Shown: positions 1-8,279, numbered from the stretch's first letter. The stretch is 12,033 nucleotides of DNA from Elusimicrobiota bacterium (GCA_016218565.1 JACRDM010000143.1:1-12033); one strand, 5' to 3'. The notes: generated by a model not told the origin, from the sequence alone. A program made the numbers and translations.

Positions 1-1525
1 AGATGACGGAGAAAAATTTGGTATCTGGCCGCAAACCTATCACTCAGTATACGAAGAAAAGTGGCTGGAACGGTTTTTTGAGAAGTTAGAAGAAAATTTT
101 TCCTGGCTCAAGACCACGACCTTTGCCGCATACCTGGCTGCCTATAAACCTAAAGGACGGGTGTATGTCCCTTGTGCCAGTTACAGTGAAATGCTGGAAT
201 GGTCTTTGCCTGAACAGACTCAGGAGATATATGGACATATAGTAGAAAATATTAAGCAAAACCAGGACCAACATGCCTGCTTGCCGTTCATTAAAGGCGG
301 TTTTTGGCGGAATTTCCTGGTGAGATATCCTGAATCAAATGCCATGCATAAAAAAATGCTGGAAGTCAGCGGCAAGGTAAACGCGGCCCTAAAATCCGGG
401 AACAAAGATCCACAACTGTTACAAGCCCAGGATGAGCTTCTCGCGGCGCAAGCTAATGACGCTTACTGGCATGGTGTGTTTGGCGGTTTATATATGAGTC
501 ATTTAAGACGTTCGATATATGAAAATCTGATCAAGGCAGAAAATAACTTGGAGCAAGCTGTGCCCCCCCAGAGTACGTTTGATTGCCAAACCCTTGATTA
601 TAATAATGACGGCCGGATAGAGATAATCGCGGCTAGCCGGAAAATTAAATTATATGTGGCTCCTGAAGTTGGCGGCAAGATCCTGGAGCTGGATTACCGT
701 CCAAAGAACTTTAATTGCCTGAATGTCTTGAGCCGGCACAAAGAAGCATATCATCAGAAAATCATCGATTTTGTCAATAACCATAGCCAACAGAAAGATA
801 GCCACGAAGCCAAAACTATCCATGAGCAGTTCCGGGTGAAAGAAAAGAATCTGGATCAGTACCTGAAATATGACTGGTATGACCGTGGCTTTGCCATAGA
901 ACATTTTATGGGCGGCTGGAGTGACCTGCAGTCGTTCCATAATTGCAATTTCGGCGAACAGGGTGATTTTGTGAACCAGGCGTATGATTTTCAGTGCCGG
1001 CCGAATGGGGAACGCTGGCAAATATTACTTTCCCGTGCAGGCCATGTCTGGGTAGACAATGTATTTGCCGCGCTGCGGGTGGAGAAGAAAATAATTATGT
1101 TTAAAGACCAGTCGGTAGTAACGATAGAATATGTGCTTAGTAACCTGGAAAATATCAAATTAGAATTGCGCTTTGGCAGTGAATATGGTTTTGCCGGCAC
1201 TACTGGACATGATGATGGTTGTTTTTATTATAGCCTGTGCGAAAAGGATAAAATAAATAATAAATATCTGGATAGTATCGAGGAAAATACCGGGTTCCAG
1301 GGGATCGGCATAAAAGATTATTTTGCCCGGGTAGATGCCGGCTGGCATTTTAAAGAAACAGCCACTATCTGGCGGTTCCCGCTGGAAACCGTATCCCAAT
1401 CCGAATCTGGCTTTGAGCGCAGTTACCAGGGGTCAGTCATTATGCCGTTGTGGCGGGTTATTTTAAAGCCCAAAGGCCAGTGGCAGACAACTATTAAGTT
1501 CGCCTTAAAAGATCTGAGTGACTGA
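1..1525 (+). CDS. Glycoside hydrolase family 57 alpha-glucan enzyme (alpha-amylase / 4-alpha-glucanotransferase-like). 5'-partial: the ORF is open to the window start in the frame beginning at nt 2.
   Basis: The translation from nt 2 begins DDGEKFGIWP, which is GH57 conserved region 4 (HDDGEKFG, the catalytic Asp region). About 140 aa later it contains AAQANDAYWHGVFGGLY, which is GH57 region 5 (AQCNDAYWH). Roughly 450 aa follow the Asp motif, matching the Thermococcus-type 4-alpha-glucanotransferase architecture with C-terminal beta-domains. The stop is TGA at 1523-1525. Confidence 0.8.
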   Translation, partial: DDGEKFGIWPQTYHSVYEEKWLERFFEKLEENFSWLKTTTFAAYLAAYKPKGRVYVPCASYSEMLEWSLPEQTQEIYGHIVENIKQNQDQHACLPFIKGGFWRNFLVRYPESNAMHKKMLEVSGKVNAALKSGNKDPQLLQAQDELLAAQANDAYWHGVFGGLYMSHLRRSIYENLIKAENNLEQAVPPQSTFDCQTLDYNNDGRIEIIAASRKIKLYVAPEVGGKILELDYRPKNFNCLNVLSRHKEAYHQKIIDFVNNHSQQKDSHEAKTIHEQFRVKEKNLDQYLKYDWYDRGFAIEHFMGGWSDLQSFHNCNFGEQGDFVNQAYDFQCRPNGERWQILLSRAGHVWVDNVFAALRVEKKIIMFKDQSVVTIEYVLSNLENIKLELRFGSEYGFAGTTGHDDGCFYYSLCEKDKINNKYLDSIEENTGFQGIGIKDYFARVDAGWHFKETATIWRFPLETVSQSESGFERSYQGSVIMPLWRVILKPKGQWQTTIKFALKDLSD

Positions 1526-1558
1526 CTGACGAATAAGAGTAAGAAAAATTCAAATATC

Positions 1559-1593
1559 CCCGCCCTTAAGCTTGGCGGGTCCGCCTCAGGCGG
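1559..1593 (+). other. Two adjacent GC-rich stem-loops about 35 nt after the GH57 stop. They could be a terminator or an RNA stability element, but neither is followed by a T-run.
   Basis: Hairpin 1 is CCCGCC (1559-1564), a 9-nt loop containing the AAGCTT palindrome, then GGCGGG (1574-1579). Hairpin 2 is TCCGCC (1580-1585), loop TCA, then GGCGGA (1589-1594). Hairpin 2 is followed by AAAAA, not T's. Confidence 0.3.
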
Positions 1594-1768
1594 AAAAATG
1601 ACAATGTAAATTTTAAAATTTTGAGAGGTGGCTTTGCTAAGAAGAAAAATCAAATATTAGATAGCTGAAATCAAAATTAGGAGGAAAGATTTTTCATTTT
1701 TTAATTTTAGTTTGTGATTTTGATATTGCCTATTGGATATTTTATTTTTAGGATTTGTAGAGGATTAA

Positions 1769-2416
1769 ATGCTGCTAACTTCAATTTGGGTCAGTTTGGT
1801 GGCCAGCATCATCAGCCTGGATGTCACTGCCTGCTGGCAGATCATGATCTCCCGTCCGATAATTATTGGGCCGCTGATCGGTTGGATGTGCGGCGATTTC
1901 GCGCATGGTATGATCATAGGCAGTATCTTGGAACTGATCTGGATCAATACGCTTCCTTTGGGCGCCAGTATTCCCCTGGATGCGGCCGCGACCACCGTAG
2001 TAGCTACGGCTACTTCTATTTTCCTGAAACGATGGTGGAGTGGCAGTGAAAGCACAGCTATGGTCCTGGGTATTTGCTATGCCATGCCGCTAGGTACCCT
2101 TTTGAAAAAAATGGATATTTTCGTGCGGCGGTTCAGCAACCGCCTGGTATATTACGCCGATAAATACGCTAAAGAAGATAATTTGTTCATGATCCAGACT
2201 ATGGTTGTCCTGGCTATACTGCTGATCGTTTTAAAATACTTTCTCTTTTATTTCATTTCCATATATTTGGGATTATATATATTTCATTTGGTAGCGCCCG
2301 AATTACCTGATGCGTTATTGGCTGGCCTGGGCCAAGCCAGAATTTTGCTCATCGCTCTGGGCTTGGCCATGGTCTGGGATACCTTTAGATTTAGAAAAGC
2401 GGGTAAAGAATTTTAA
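1769..2416 (+). CDS. PTS mannose/fructose/sorbose-family EIIC component (ManY/AgaC-like), short form of 215 aa.
   Basis: The protein is an integral membrane protein. Its N-terminal half aligns residue-for-residue by eye with E. coli ManY: RPIIIGPLIGWMCGDFAHGMIIGSILELIWINTLPLGASIPLDAAATTVVATATSI versus RPLIACTLVGIVLGDMKTGIIIGGTLEMIALGWMNIGAAVAPDAALASII. RBS GAGGA lies at 1760-1764. The stop overlaps the start of the IID gene (TAATG). Confidence 0.75.
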   Translation: MLLTSIWVSLVASIISLDVTACWQIMISRPIIIGPLIGWMCGDFAHGMIIGSILELIWINTLPLGASIPLDAAATTVVATATSIFLKRWWSGSESTAMVLGICYAMPLGTLLKKMDIFVRRFSNRLVYYADKYAKEDNLFMIQTMVVLAILLIVLKYFLFYFISIYLGLYIFHLVAPELPDALLAGLGQARILLIALGLAMVWDTFRFRKAGKEF

Positions 2417-3189
2417 TGACACAAGCGCAGAATCGTACCATCACCAAATTAGATTTATTGAAAATAATGCACCGATCGTTATATATCCAGGCGGTATGGA
2501 ATTTTGAACGGCTGCAAAACCTGGGGTTTCTGTTTACGGTCGTGCCGATGATAAAAAGGCTCTATCCGCCAGGACCGGCCCGCGTAGCAGCATTACAGCG
2601 GCATCTGGAATTTTTTAACACCCATCCCTACATGGCTTCATTTGTTATCGGTGTGATCACTTCCCTGGAAGAGAAGATGGCTAATCAGCCAGGGACTGTA
2701 AACCAGGAAGAGGTTCGTTCCATCAAGGCCATAATGAGCGGCCCCTTGGCGGCCATTGGCGATGCTTTCTTCTGGGCTTCTTTACGGCCTTTTAGCGCTC
2801 TGATGGGTATCGTGATGATTTTGACTCTAACTGGCCGCGCCAATATAATCGGCCCTTTATTTTTCCTGTTCTTTTTCAACCTGTTTGGATTATACATCAG
2901 GTTCGGAGGCTTAACTAAAGGTTATCTCCTGGGTCTAGGAGTGGTCGATAAACTGAAGAAATTCAACACTCAGGATTTGATCACCGTGATCAACCTGTTG
3001 GGATTGATCGGGCTAGGGGTGCTCTTGCTGCTTTATGCCGCTGAATTCAACCTTTGGCAGAACCTTATCTTTTTCAGCACCTTACTTATGACCTATGGTT
3101 TGATCCGAAAAAAAGTATATACGAATGTCTTGATCTATGGGGTTTTAGCCTGGGGTGTATTACTATATTTTTTAGATTGTAGATTTTAA
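2416..3189 (+). CDS. PTS mannose-family EIID component (ManZ-like).
   Basis: The N-terminus ...ITKLDLLKIMHRSLYIQAVWNFERLQNLGFLFTVVPMIKRLYP...LQRHLEFFNTHPYMASFVIG is the characteristic IID signature (NYERMQ / HxEFFNTHP region). Hydrophobic segments follow. The gene is translationally coupled to IIC. Confidence 0.85.
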   Translation: MTQAQNRTITKLDLLKIMHRSLYIQAVWNFERLQNLGFLFTVVPMIKRLYPPGPARVAALQRHLEFFNTHPYMASFVIGVITSLEEKMANQPGTVNQEEVRSIKAIMSGPLAAIGDAFFWASLRPFSALMGIVMILTLTGRANIIGPLFFLFFFNLFGLYIRFGGLTKGYLLGLGVVDKLKKFNTQDLITVINLLGLIGLGVLLLLYAAEFNLWQNLIFFSTLLMTYGLIRKKVYTNVLIYGVLAWGVLLYFLDCRF

Positions 3190-3214
3190 CCTAAGAAAGC
3201 AGCGCTAGCAGATT

Positions 3215-3505
3215 ATGGAAAAAAATATCGAACTTAAAAATAGGCTTGGTTTGCATGCCCGTCCCGCTGCCTTATTTGTGCGGTTGACCAACCAGTATAA
3301 ACAGATCAAGATTAAGGTCCGGGTGCTCAGGTCAGAAGAGGAAAGCGAAGAAGTGGACGGAAAAAGTATCATGGGACTGATGATGTTGGCGGCTGAAGCT
3401 GGCTCCAGACTGCTGGTAAAAATATCCGGTGATAAAGATAAAGAAGAAGAAGAATTAATGACCAGGATCGAAGAACTCATTGCCGGTAAATTCGGAGAAG
3501 AGTAA
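3215..3505 (+). CDS. ptsH: Phosphocarrier protein HPr.
   Basis: The active-site motif LGLHARPAALFV carries the phosphorylatable His. GKSIMGLMML is the regulatory-Ser motif (KSIMG) typical of HPr that is phosphorylated by HprK. The protein is 96 aa. Its stop overlaps the ptsI start (TAATG). Confidence 0.9.
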   Translation: MEKNIELKNRLGLHARPAALFVRLTNQYKQIKIKVRVLRSEEESEEVDGKSIMGLMMLAAEAGSRLLVKISGDKDKEEEELMTRIEELIAGKFGEE

Positions 3506-5241
3506 TGGAAAAGATCATACATCACGGCATAGCCGCATCACCTGGGATAGTCATCGGCAAGGCTCTGATCCTTAGTCAGGAAGATTTTTGTATTAAAATG
3601 CGGAAACTCCAGGATAAAGAAATTGAGCAGGAGATCATTCGTTTCCAGGAGGCCCTCAATACTACGAAGCAAGAGTTGATCGCGATCAGGGATAAGGTCA
3701 ATGGCCGTCTGGGCACCAAGCATGCTACTATATTTGAGGCCTACCTGCTGGTGCTGGATGACCCGATGCTGGTAAAGGAAACCATCGCTAAGATCCGTAA
3801 GGAGAGAATGAACGTTGAATATGTTTTTTCCCAGACTATCTCTAAGTTTGCGCATGTATTTACCAGTATGGGGGATGAATACCTCCGGGAACGCGGTCGT
3901 GATATCCAGGACCTGGGGAAAAGGGTACTGCATAACCTATTAGGGGAAAAGAAACACAGCTTATCCCAATTGAAAGAAGAGGTCATCATTATCGCTAATG
4001 ATCTGACTCCTTCAGATACGGTGCAGATGAGAGAGGAAAAAATTCTTGGGTTCATCACCAATATGGGGGGCAAAACCTCGCATACGGCGATCATGGCGCA
4101 ATCTCTGGGGATACCAGCTATCGTAGGTTTGAAAGATATTACGGCCAAAGTCAAAACCGGCGACGAGATCATTCTGGATGGTTATGAAGGCATTGTAGTT
4201 ATTAACCCGGTTCGTTCCCTGCTGGAAGAATATGAGAAGAGAAATAAGAAATATATTGAGATAAAAAAACAGCTGCATAAATTGAAAGACCTGCCGGCCG
4301 TGACTTTAGATGGCCGGGAAGTGCAATTAGTCGCCAATATCGAAATCCCGGATGAAGTGGAACTAGCCTTGGAGTCTGGAGCTACAGGCATCGGCTTGTT
4401 CCGCACCGAATTTATCTATTTAAACCGGGCCGATCTTCCTGGCGAAGAGGAACAAACGCGCGTCTACCGGAATATCGCCAAAAAAATAGCCCCGCACAGT
4501 GTAGTACTGCGTACCTTAGATCTGGGCGGAGACAAATTAAGTGAACAACTGGGGACCAATACAGAAACAAATCCTTTTCTGGGATTACGGGGCATTAGAT
4601 TATGTTTAAAATATCAGGACCTGTTCCGGGCCCAGTTACGGGCTATTCTACAGGCCTCCACCAGTGGAAAAATTAAAATAATGTATCCCATGATCTCCAC
4701 AGTGGAAGAGATAAAGAAAGCTAATCATATCCTGGACCAGGTGAAGGATGAATTAAAAAAAGAACATATTGATTTTGACAAAGACCTAGAAGTGGGAGCG
4801 ATGATCGAAACCCCTTCAGCGGCGTTGACCGCTGATGTGATTGCCCGGGAAGTTGATTTTTTGAGTATTGGGTCTAATGACTTGATCCAGTATACGATAG
4901 CTGTTGACCGTGGTAATGAAAATGTGGCGTATCTTTATGAGCCGCTGCATCCGTCTATTTTAAGGCAGATCAAGTATGTAATTGAAGCCGGACACCGCGC
5001 CGGTAAGCTGGTGGGAATGTGCGGAGAAATGGCTGGAGAGCCGGAGTTGGCCCTGATCCTGTTAGGTATGGGATTAGATGAATTTAGTATGGGCAGCGCC
5101 AATATCCCCAAGATTAAAAAGGTTATCCGCGAAGCCACCATGAACCAGGCTAAAGGAATCGTCAATAAGATCCTTGATTTGCCGACAGTAGAGGCAATTA
5201 AAAAGCTGATCAAGCAAACCCATATAAGAAATGAAGAATGA
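3505..5241 (+). CDS. ptsI: Phosphoenolpyruvate-protein phosphotransferase (PTS Enzyme I).
   Basis: The protein is 578 aa. The phospho-His motif GGKTSHTAIMAQSLGIPAIVG is present. The PEP-utilising C-terminal domain carries SIGSNDLIQYT and MCGEMAG. It sits in the canonical position directly after ptsH. Confidence 0.95.
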   Translation: MEKIIHHGIAASPGIVIGKALILSQEDFCIKMRKLQDKEIEQEIIRFQEALNTTKQELIAIRDKVNGRLGTKHATIFEAYLLVLDDPMLVKETIAKIRKERMNVEYVFSQTISKFAHVFTSMGDEYLRERGRDIQDLGKRVLHNLLGEKKHSLSQLKEEVIIIANDLTPSDTVQMREEKILGFITNMGGKTSHTAIMAQSLGIPAIVGLKDITAKVKTGDEIILDGYEGIVVINPVRSLLEEYEKRNKKYIEIKKQLHKLKDLPAVTLDGREVQLVANIEIPDEVELALESGATGIGLFRTEFIYLNRADLPGEEEQTRVYRNIAKKIAPHSVVLRTLDLGGDKLSEQLGTNTETNPFLGLRGIRLCLKYQDLFRAQLRAILQASTSGKIKIMYPMISTVEEIKKANHILDQVKDELKKEHIDFDKDLEVGAMIETPSAALTADVIAREVDFLSIGSNDLIQYTIAVDRGNENVAYLYEPLHPSILRQIKYVIEAGHRAGKLVGMCGEMAGEPELALILLGMGLDEFSMGSANIPKIKKVIREATMNQAKGIVNKILDLPTVEAIKKLIKQTHIRNEE

Positions 5242-5271
5242 GGTTGTTGGTAAAATCCAACAACCTCTGAT
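5241..5271 (+). terminator. Putative intrinsic terminator of the PTS operon.
   Basis: A perfect 10-bp stem AGGTTGTTGG (5241-5250) / CCAACAACCT (5257-5266) with a 6-nt loop TAAAAT starts in the last base of the ptsI stop codon. It is followed by TCTGATT, a weak U-tract. Confidence 0.5.
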
Positions 5272-5281
5272 TACGCGGATT
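5267..5281. repeat. Left copy of a 15-bp perfect inverted repeat (CTGATTACGCGGATT) that flanks the isomerase gene.
   Basis: Its exact reverse complement AATCCGCGTAATCAG occurs at 6434-6448. Further TGATTAC-like copies lie nearby at 5291-5296 (GATTAC) and 5299-5305 (TGATTAG). Confidence 0.8.
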
Positions 5282-5339
5282 CTAAAAAAAGATTACACTG
5301 ATTAGAGCAAGATAATTACATTTATGAGAGGTTGAAATA

Positions 5340-6395
5340 GTGTCTAAGATCGATGACTTAAAATTAAACAGTGAGATTGACCGGCAGGGGATGCTGGCAG
5401 AGCTGGAGCAGTTCCCTGAACAGTTGCGGGGAGCCCATCAACTGGGCCTAGGACTGAGGCTGCCGGCTGATTACAAAAAAGTGAATAAGATCCTGGTCTG
5501 CGGTATGGGCGGCTCAGCTATTGTCGGAGACTTGCTCCTGGGCTATCTGAAACCAGAAAGCCATCTACCGGTAATTGTTAATCGTGATTCAAGTCTGCCG
5601 GCATTTGTGGACAGCCACACCCTGGTATTCCTGATCACGTATTCGGGCAATACCATGGAAACCTTGCATAACTATCACGACGCGCTTACCAGAAAAGCCA
5701 GGATAGTGGCGGTTACTTCCGGAGGTAAGATGCAGCAGGAGGCTATGGCCAAAGGGATCCCCTGGGTAAAAGTACAGGCTGATGGGTTACCGCGGGCCAG
5801 TGTAGGATTATTATTTTTTCCAGTATTGAATGTGTTGCAGGATCTCGGCCTGATCGCTGACAAAAAAGCAGATATCCGGGAAACCCTGCGGGTAATCGCT
5901 AACTTGAGCAAGCAATGGGGCAGGAATTCACATCGCACGAAGAACAGAGCTAAATCCCTGGCGCTGAGCCTTTTTGGCAAAATTCCCGTGCTCTATGGAG
6001 CTAACAGCCTGATGGCCGGGATAAGCCGGCGCTGGAAGGGCATGTTCAATGAGAATACCAAACTTTTTGCTTCTTATAATGTTTTTCCAGAAGTTACCCA
6101 TAATGAAATTGAATGCTGGCAAAACCTGAAAAACCTGCGTCAGTCTTTCAAGGTCATAATTCTGCAAGATGGCTTAGTGCATCCAGAAGATAAAAAGCGT
6201 CTAGCCCTAAGTCAACGCTTAATAGAAAAATATATCGGCCAGACTGAGCCGGCTGCGCCTGTTGGGAAATCCGCCTTAGCCAGGTTATTCAGTATGGTTT
6301 ATCTAGGTGATCTGGTGAGCGTATACTTAGCTTTTCTCTACGCTACAGATCCTACCCCTATGCCGAACATTGATTACATCAAGAAACATCTTTAG
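5340..6395 (+). CDS. pgi: Bifunctional phosphoglucose/phosphomannose isomerase (archaeal-type PGI/PMI, SIS-domain family).
   Basis: Both family signature motifs are present: ILVCGMGGSAIVGD (GxGGS) and ITYSGNTMETL (SYSGNTxET). The protein is 351 aa. The start is GTG at 5340, preceded by the GAGAGG RBS at 5326-5331. Confidence 0.85.
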   Translation: MSKIDDLKLNSEIDRQGMLAELEQFPEQLRGAHQLGLGLRLPADYKKVNKILVCGMGGSAIVGDLLLGYLKPESHLPVIVNRDSSLPAFVDSHTLVFLITYSGNTMETLHNYHDALTRKARIVAVTSGGKMQQEAMAKGIPWVKVQADGLPRASVGLLFFPVLNVLQDLGLIADKKADIRETLRVIANLSKQWGRNSHRTKNRAKSLALSLFGKIPVLYGANSLMAGISRRWKGMFNENTKLFASYNVFPEVTHNEIECWQNLKNLRQSFKVIILQDGLVHPEDKKRLALSQRLIEKYIGQTEPAAPVGKSALARLFSMVYLGDLVSVYLAFLYATDPTPMPNIDYIKKHL

Positions 6396-6399
6396 GAGA

Positions 6400-6436
6400 T
6401 GATTACACCGATAGCGGCGTAATCAGTATTTAAAAT
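6400..6436 (+). terminator. Putative terminator or regulatory hairpin immediately after the isomerase gene.
   Basis: TGATTACACCG (6400-6410) and CGGCGTAATCA (6415-6425) form a 10/11-bp stem around the 4-nt loop ATAG, 5 nt after the TAG stop. It is followed by GTATTTAAAAT. A second near-identical 3' arm, CGCGTAATCAG at 6438-6448, could pair instead. Confidence 0.4.
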
Positions 6437-6448
6437 CCGCGTAATCAG
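6434..6448. repeat. Right copy of the 15-bp perfect inverted repeat (AATCCGCGTAATCAG).
   Basis: It is the exact reverse complement of 5267-5281. The core GCGTAATCAGT also occurs as a direct repeat at 6417-6427 and 6439-6449. Confidence 0.8.
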
Positions 6449-6473
6449 TTACTTGAGAGGTTTTGCAAATTTA

Positions 6474-8276
6474 ATGAATATTGAACATATCAGAAATTTT
6501 TCTATAATTGCCCATATTGACCATGGTAAAAGCACACTGGCTGATACACTGTTAGAAAGCACCCACACTATCCCGGAACGGAAGATGAAAGAACAGTTCC
6601 TTGATAAAATGGAGCTGGAGCGTGAGCGTGGTATCACCATCAAAGCTAAAGCAGTCAGGATGCATTACCAGGCTGACAGTGGCGAGGAATACCTGTTGAA
6701 CCTGATCGATACTCCCGGCCATGTCGATTTTACTTATGAGGTTTCCCGGAGCCTGGCTGCCTGTGAGGGAACAATTTTGGTGGTTGATGCGTCTCAAGGA
6801 ATAGAGGCTCAGACCCTGGCCAATGTCATGCTGGCCAAACAGAATAACCTGATCGTTATTCCAGTGATCAATAAAATTGACCTGCCCAATGCCGACCCGG
6901 AAAGAGTGAAAAACCAGATCCAGGATATTCTAAAAGTGGATACTTCTGATATTATTCTGGCTAGCGCCAAGAATCGTATCGGCGGGAAAGAAATTCTGGA
7001 AGCAATCGTTGCCAAAGTTCCATCTCCCAAGGGAAGCAAAGATAAGCCCTTGTGTGCCCTGATTTTTGACTGTAATTATGACTCTTACCGCGGGGCCATT
7101 ATTTATGTGCGGGTAGTGGACGGTAAAATTAAGAAAGATAACAAGATCAGGATGTTTTCCAATAATGCCGAATACGAAGTAGATGAAGTGGGATTTTTTC
7201 GTCCGGAAATGGAGCCGGCTGAAAGATTGGAAGCTGGTGAGGTAGGTTATATTATCGCCGGTATTAAGAACCTGCAAGATGTTAAGATCGGTGATACGGT
7301 GACTGTGGTAGAACGGCCGACAGAAACTCCGTTCCATGGGTTCAAGGAACTGAAACCTATGGTGTATGCCGGTTTCTTCCCGGTCAATCCCGGTGATTAT
7401 GAGCCCCTGCTGAATGCTCTGGAAAAATTACGGCTTAATGATACTTCTTTCGTGTACTCACCGGAAAATTCCGTAGCCCTGGGTTTTGGCTTCCGCTGCG
7501 GGTTTCTGGGATTGCTGCATATGGATATCATCAAGGAACGGCTGACCCGCGAATACAACCTGGAACTGATCATCACCAGCCCGAATGTCATATACCAGAT
7601 CTTTAAAACCAACGAAGATATTGTAGAAATTGATAGTCCGGTCAAGTTTCCGCCGCCGCAGGAAATCGCGGAGATCAACGAACCATTTATTAAAGGGATG
7701 ATCATCACTCCCAGCGAATTTGTCGGTAATGTGATGCAGCTGAGCCAGGAAAAGCGCGGCATTTTCAAGAATATGCATTATCTGGATACACTGACCGTGG
7801 TCCTTAATTATGAATTGCCGCTAGCTGAGATAATCATGGATTTCTATGATAAGCTGAAGTCAGCCACTCGCGGCTATGCTTCTTTCGATTATGAATATAT
7901 CGGGTATAGACCTACGGATCTGGTGAAGCTGGAGATCATGATCAACCATGAACCAGCGGATGCCTTCTCTTTTATCGTGCCTAGGGAAAAGGCGCCATAC
8001 CAGGGGAGAAGAATTGTGGCAAAACTGCGGAAACTGATACCCCGGCAGATGTTCGAAATACCAATACAGGCCAGCATTGACAATAAGATCATTGCCCGTG
8101 AAAATATCAGCGCCCTGCGCAAAGATGTCATCGCCAAGTGTTACGGCGGCGATATTTCCCGCAAACGCAAACTATTGGAAAAGCAGCGTGAGGGCAAAAA
8201 GAAAATGAAACAGATCGGATCCGTGGAAATCCCGCAGAAAGCGTTCCTGTCGGTGCTGAGTATTGATGAAGATTGA
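6474..8276 (+). CDS. lepA: Translation elongation factor 4 (LepA).
   Basis: The N-terminus is [28 protein letters not shown] (G1 motif) and DTPGH is present. The LepA-specific C-terminal domain follows. The length is about 600 aa. The ATG at 6474 is preferred over the in-frame TTG at 6453 used by the ORF track. The GAGAGG RBS at 6455-6460 is somewhat far (13 nt) from the ATG, so the start is uncertain by 7 codons. Confidence 0.9.
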   Translation: MNIEHIRNFSIIAHIDHGKSTLADTLLESTHTIPERKMKEQFLDKMELERERGITIKAKAVRMHYQADSGEEYLLNLIDTPGHVDFTYEVSRSLAACEGTILVVDASQGIEAQTLANVMLAKQNNLIVIPVINKIDLPNADPERVKNQIQDILKVDTSDIILASAKNRIGGKEILEAIVAKVPSPKGSKDKPLCALIFDCNYDSYRGAIIYVRVVDGKIKKDNKIRMFSNNAEYEVDEVGFFRPEMEPAERLEAGEVGYIIAGIKNLQDVKIGDTVTVVERPTETPFHGFKELKPMVYAGFFPVNPGDYEPLLNALEKLRLNDTSFVYSPENSVALGFGFRCGFLGLLHMDIIKERLTREYNLELIITSPNVIYQIFKTNEDIVEIDSPVKFPPPQEIAEINEPFIKGMIITPSEFVGNVMQLSQEKRGIFKNMHYLDTLTVVLNYELPLAEIIMDFYDKLKSATRGYASFDYEYIGYRPTDLVKLEIMINHEPADAFSFIVPREKAPYQGRRIVAKLRKLIPRQMFEIPIQASIDNKIIARENISALRKDVIAKCYGGDISRKRKLLEKQREGKKKMKQIGSVEIPQKAFLSVLSIDED

Positions 8277-8279
8277 AGT

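Noticed and set aside
1714-2049. A 111-aa plus-strand ORF overlapping the PTS IIC start in another frame.
   Set aside because: Its composition is low-complexity (GQFGGQHHQPGCHC...). It is fully overlapped by the well-supported IIC reading frame. It has a TTG start and no RBS, so it is a frame artefact.
2310-2507. Small plus-strand ORFs overlapping the IIC/IID junction (2310-2507) and inside lepB (8795-9031).
   Set aside because: They are off-frame overlaps of confidently assigned genes and have no independent support.
3741-4278. Minus-strand ORFs of 88-143 aa antisense to ptsI. Similar ones lie antisense to lepA (6930-7337) and to the SPFH gene (10025-10450).
   Set aside because: They lie entirely inside strongly supported plus-strand genes and have odd composition, with Ser/Ala/Arg-rich runs that mirror the sense-strand codons. 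They have no RBS. They are antisense artefacts.
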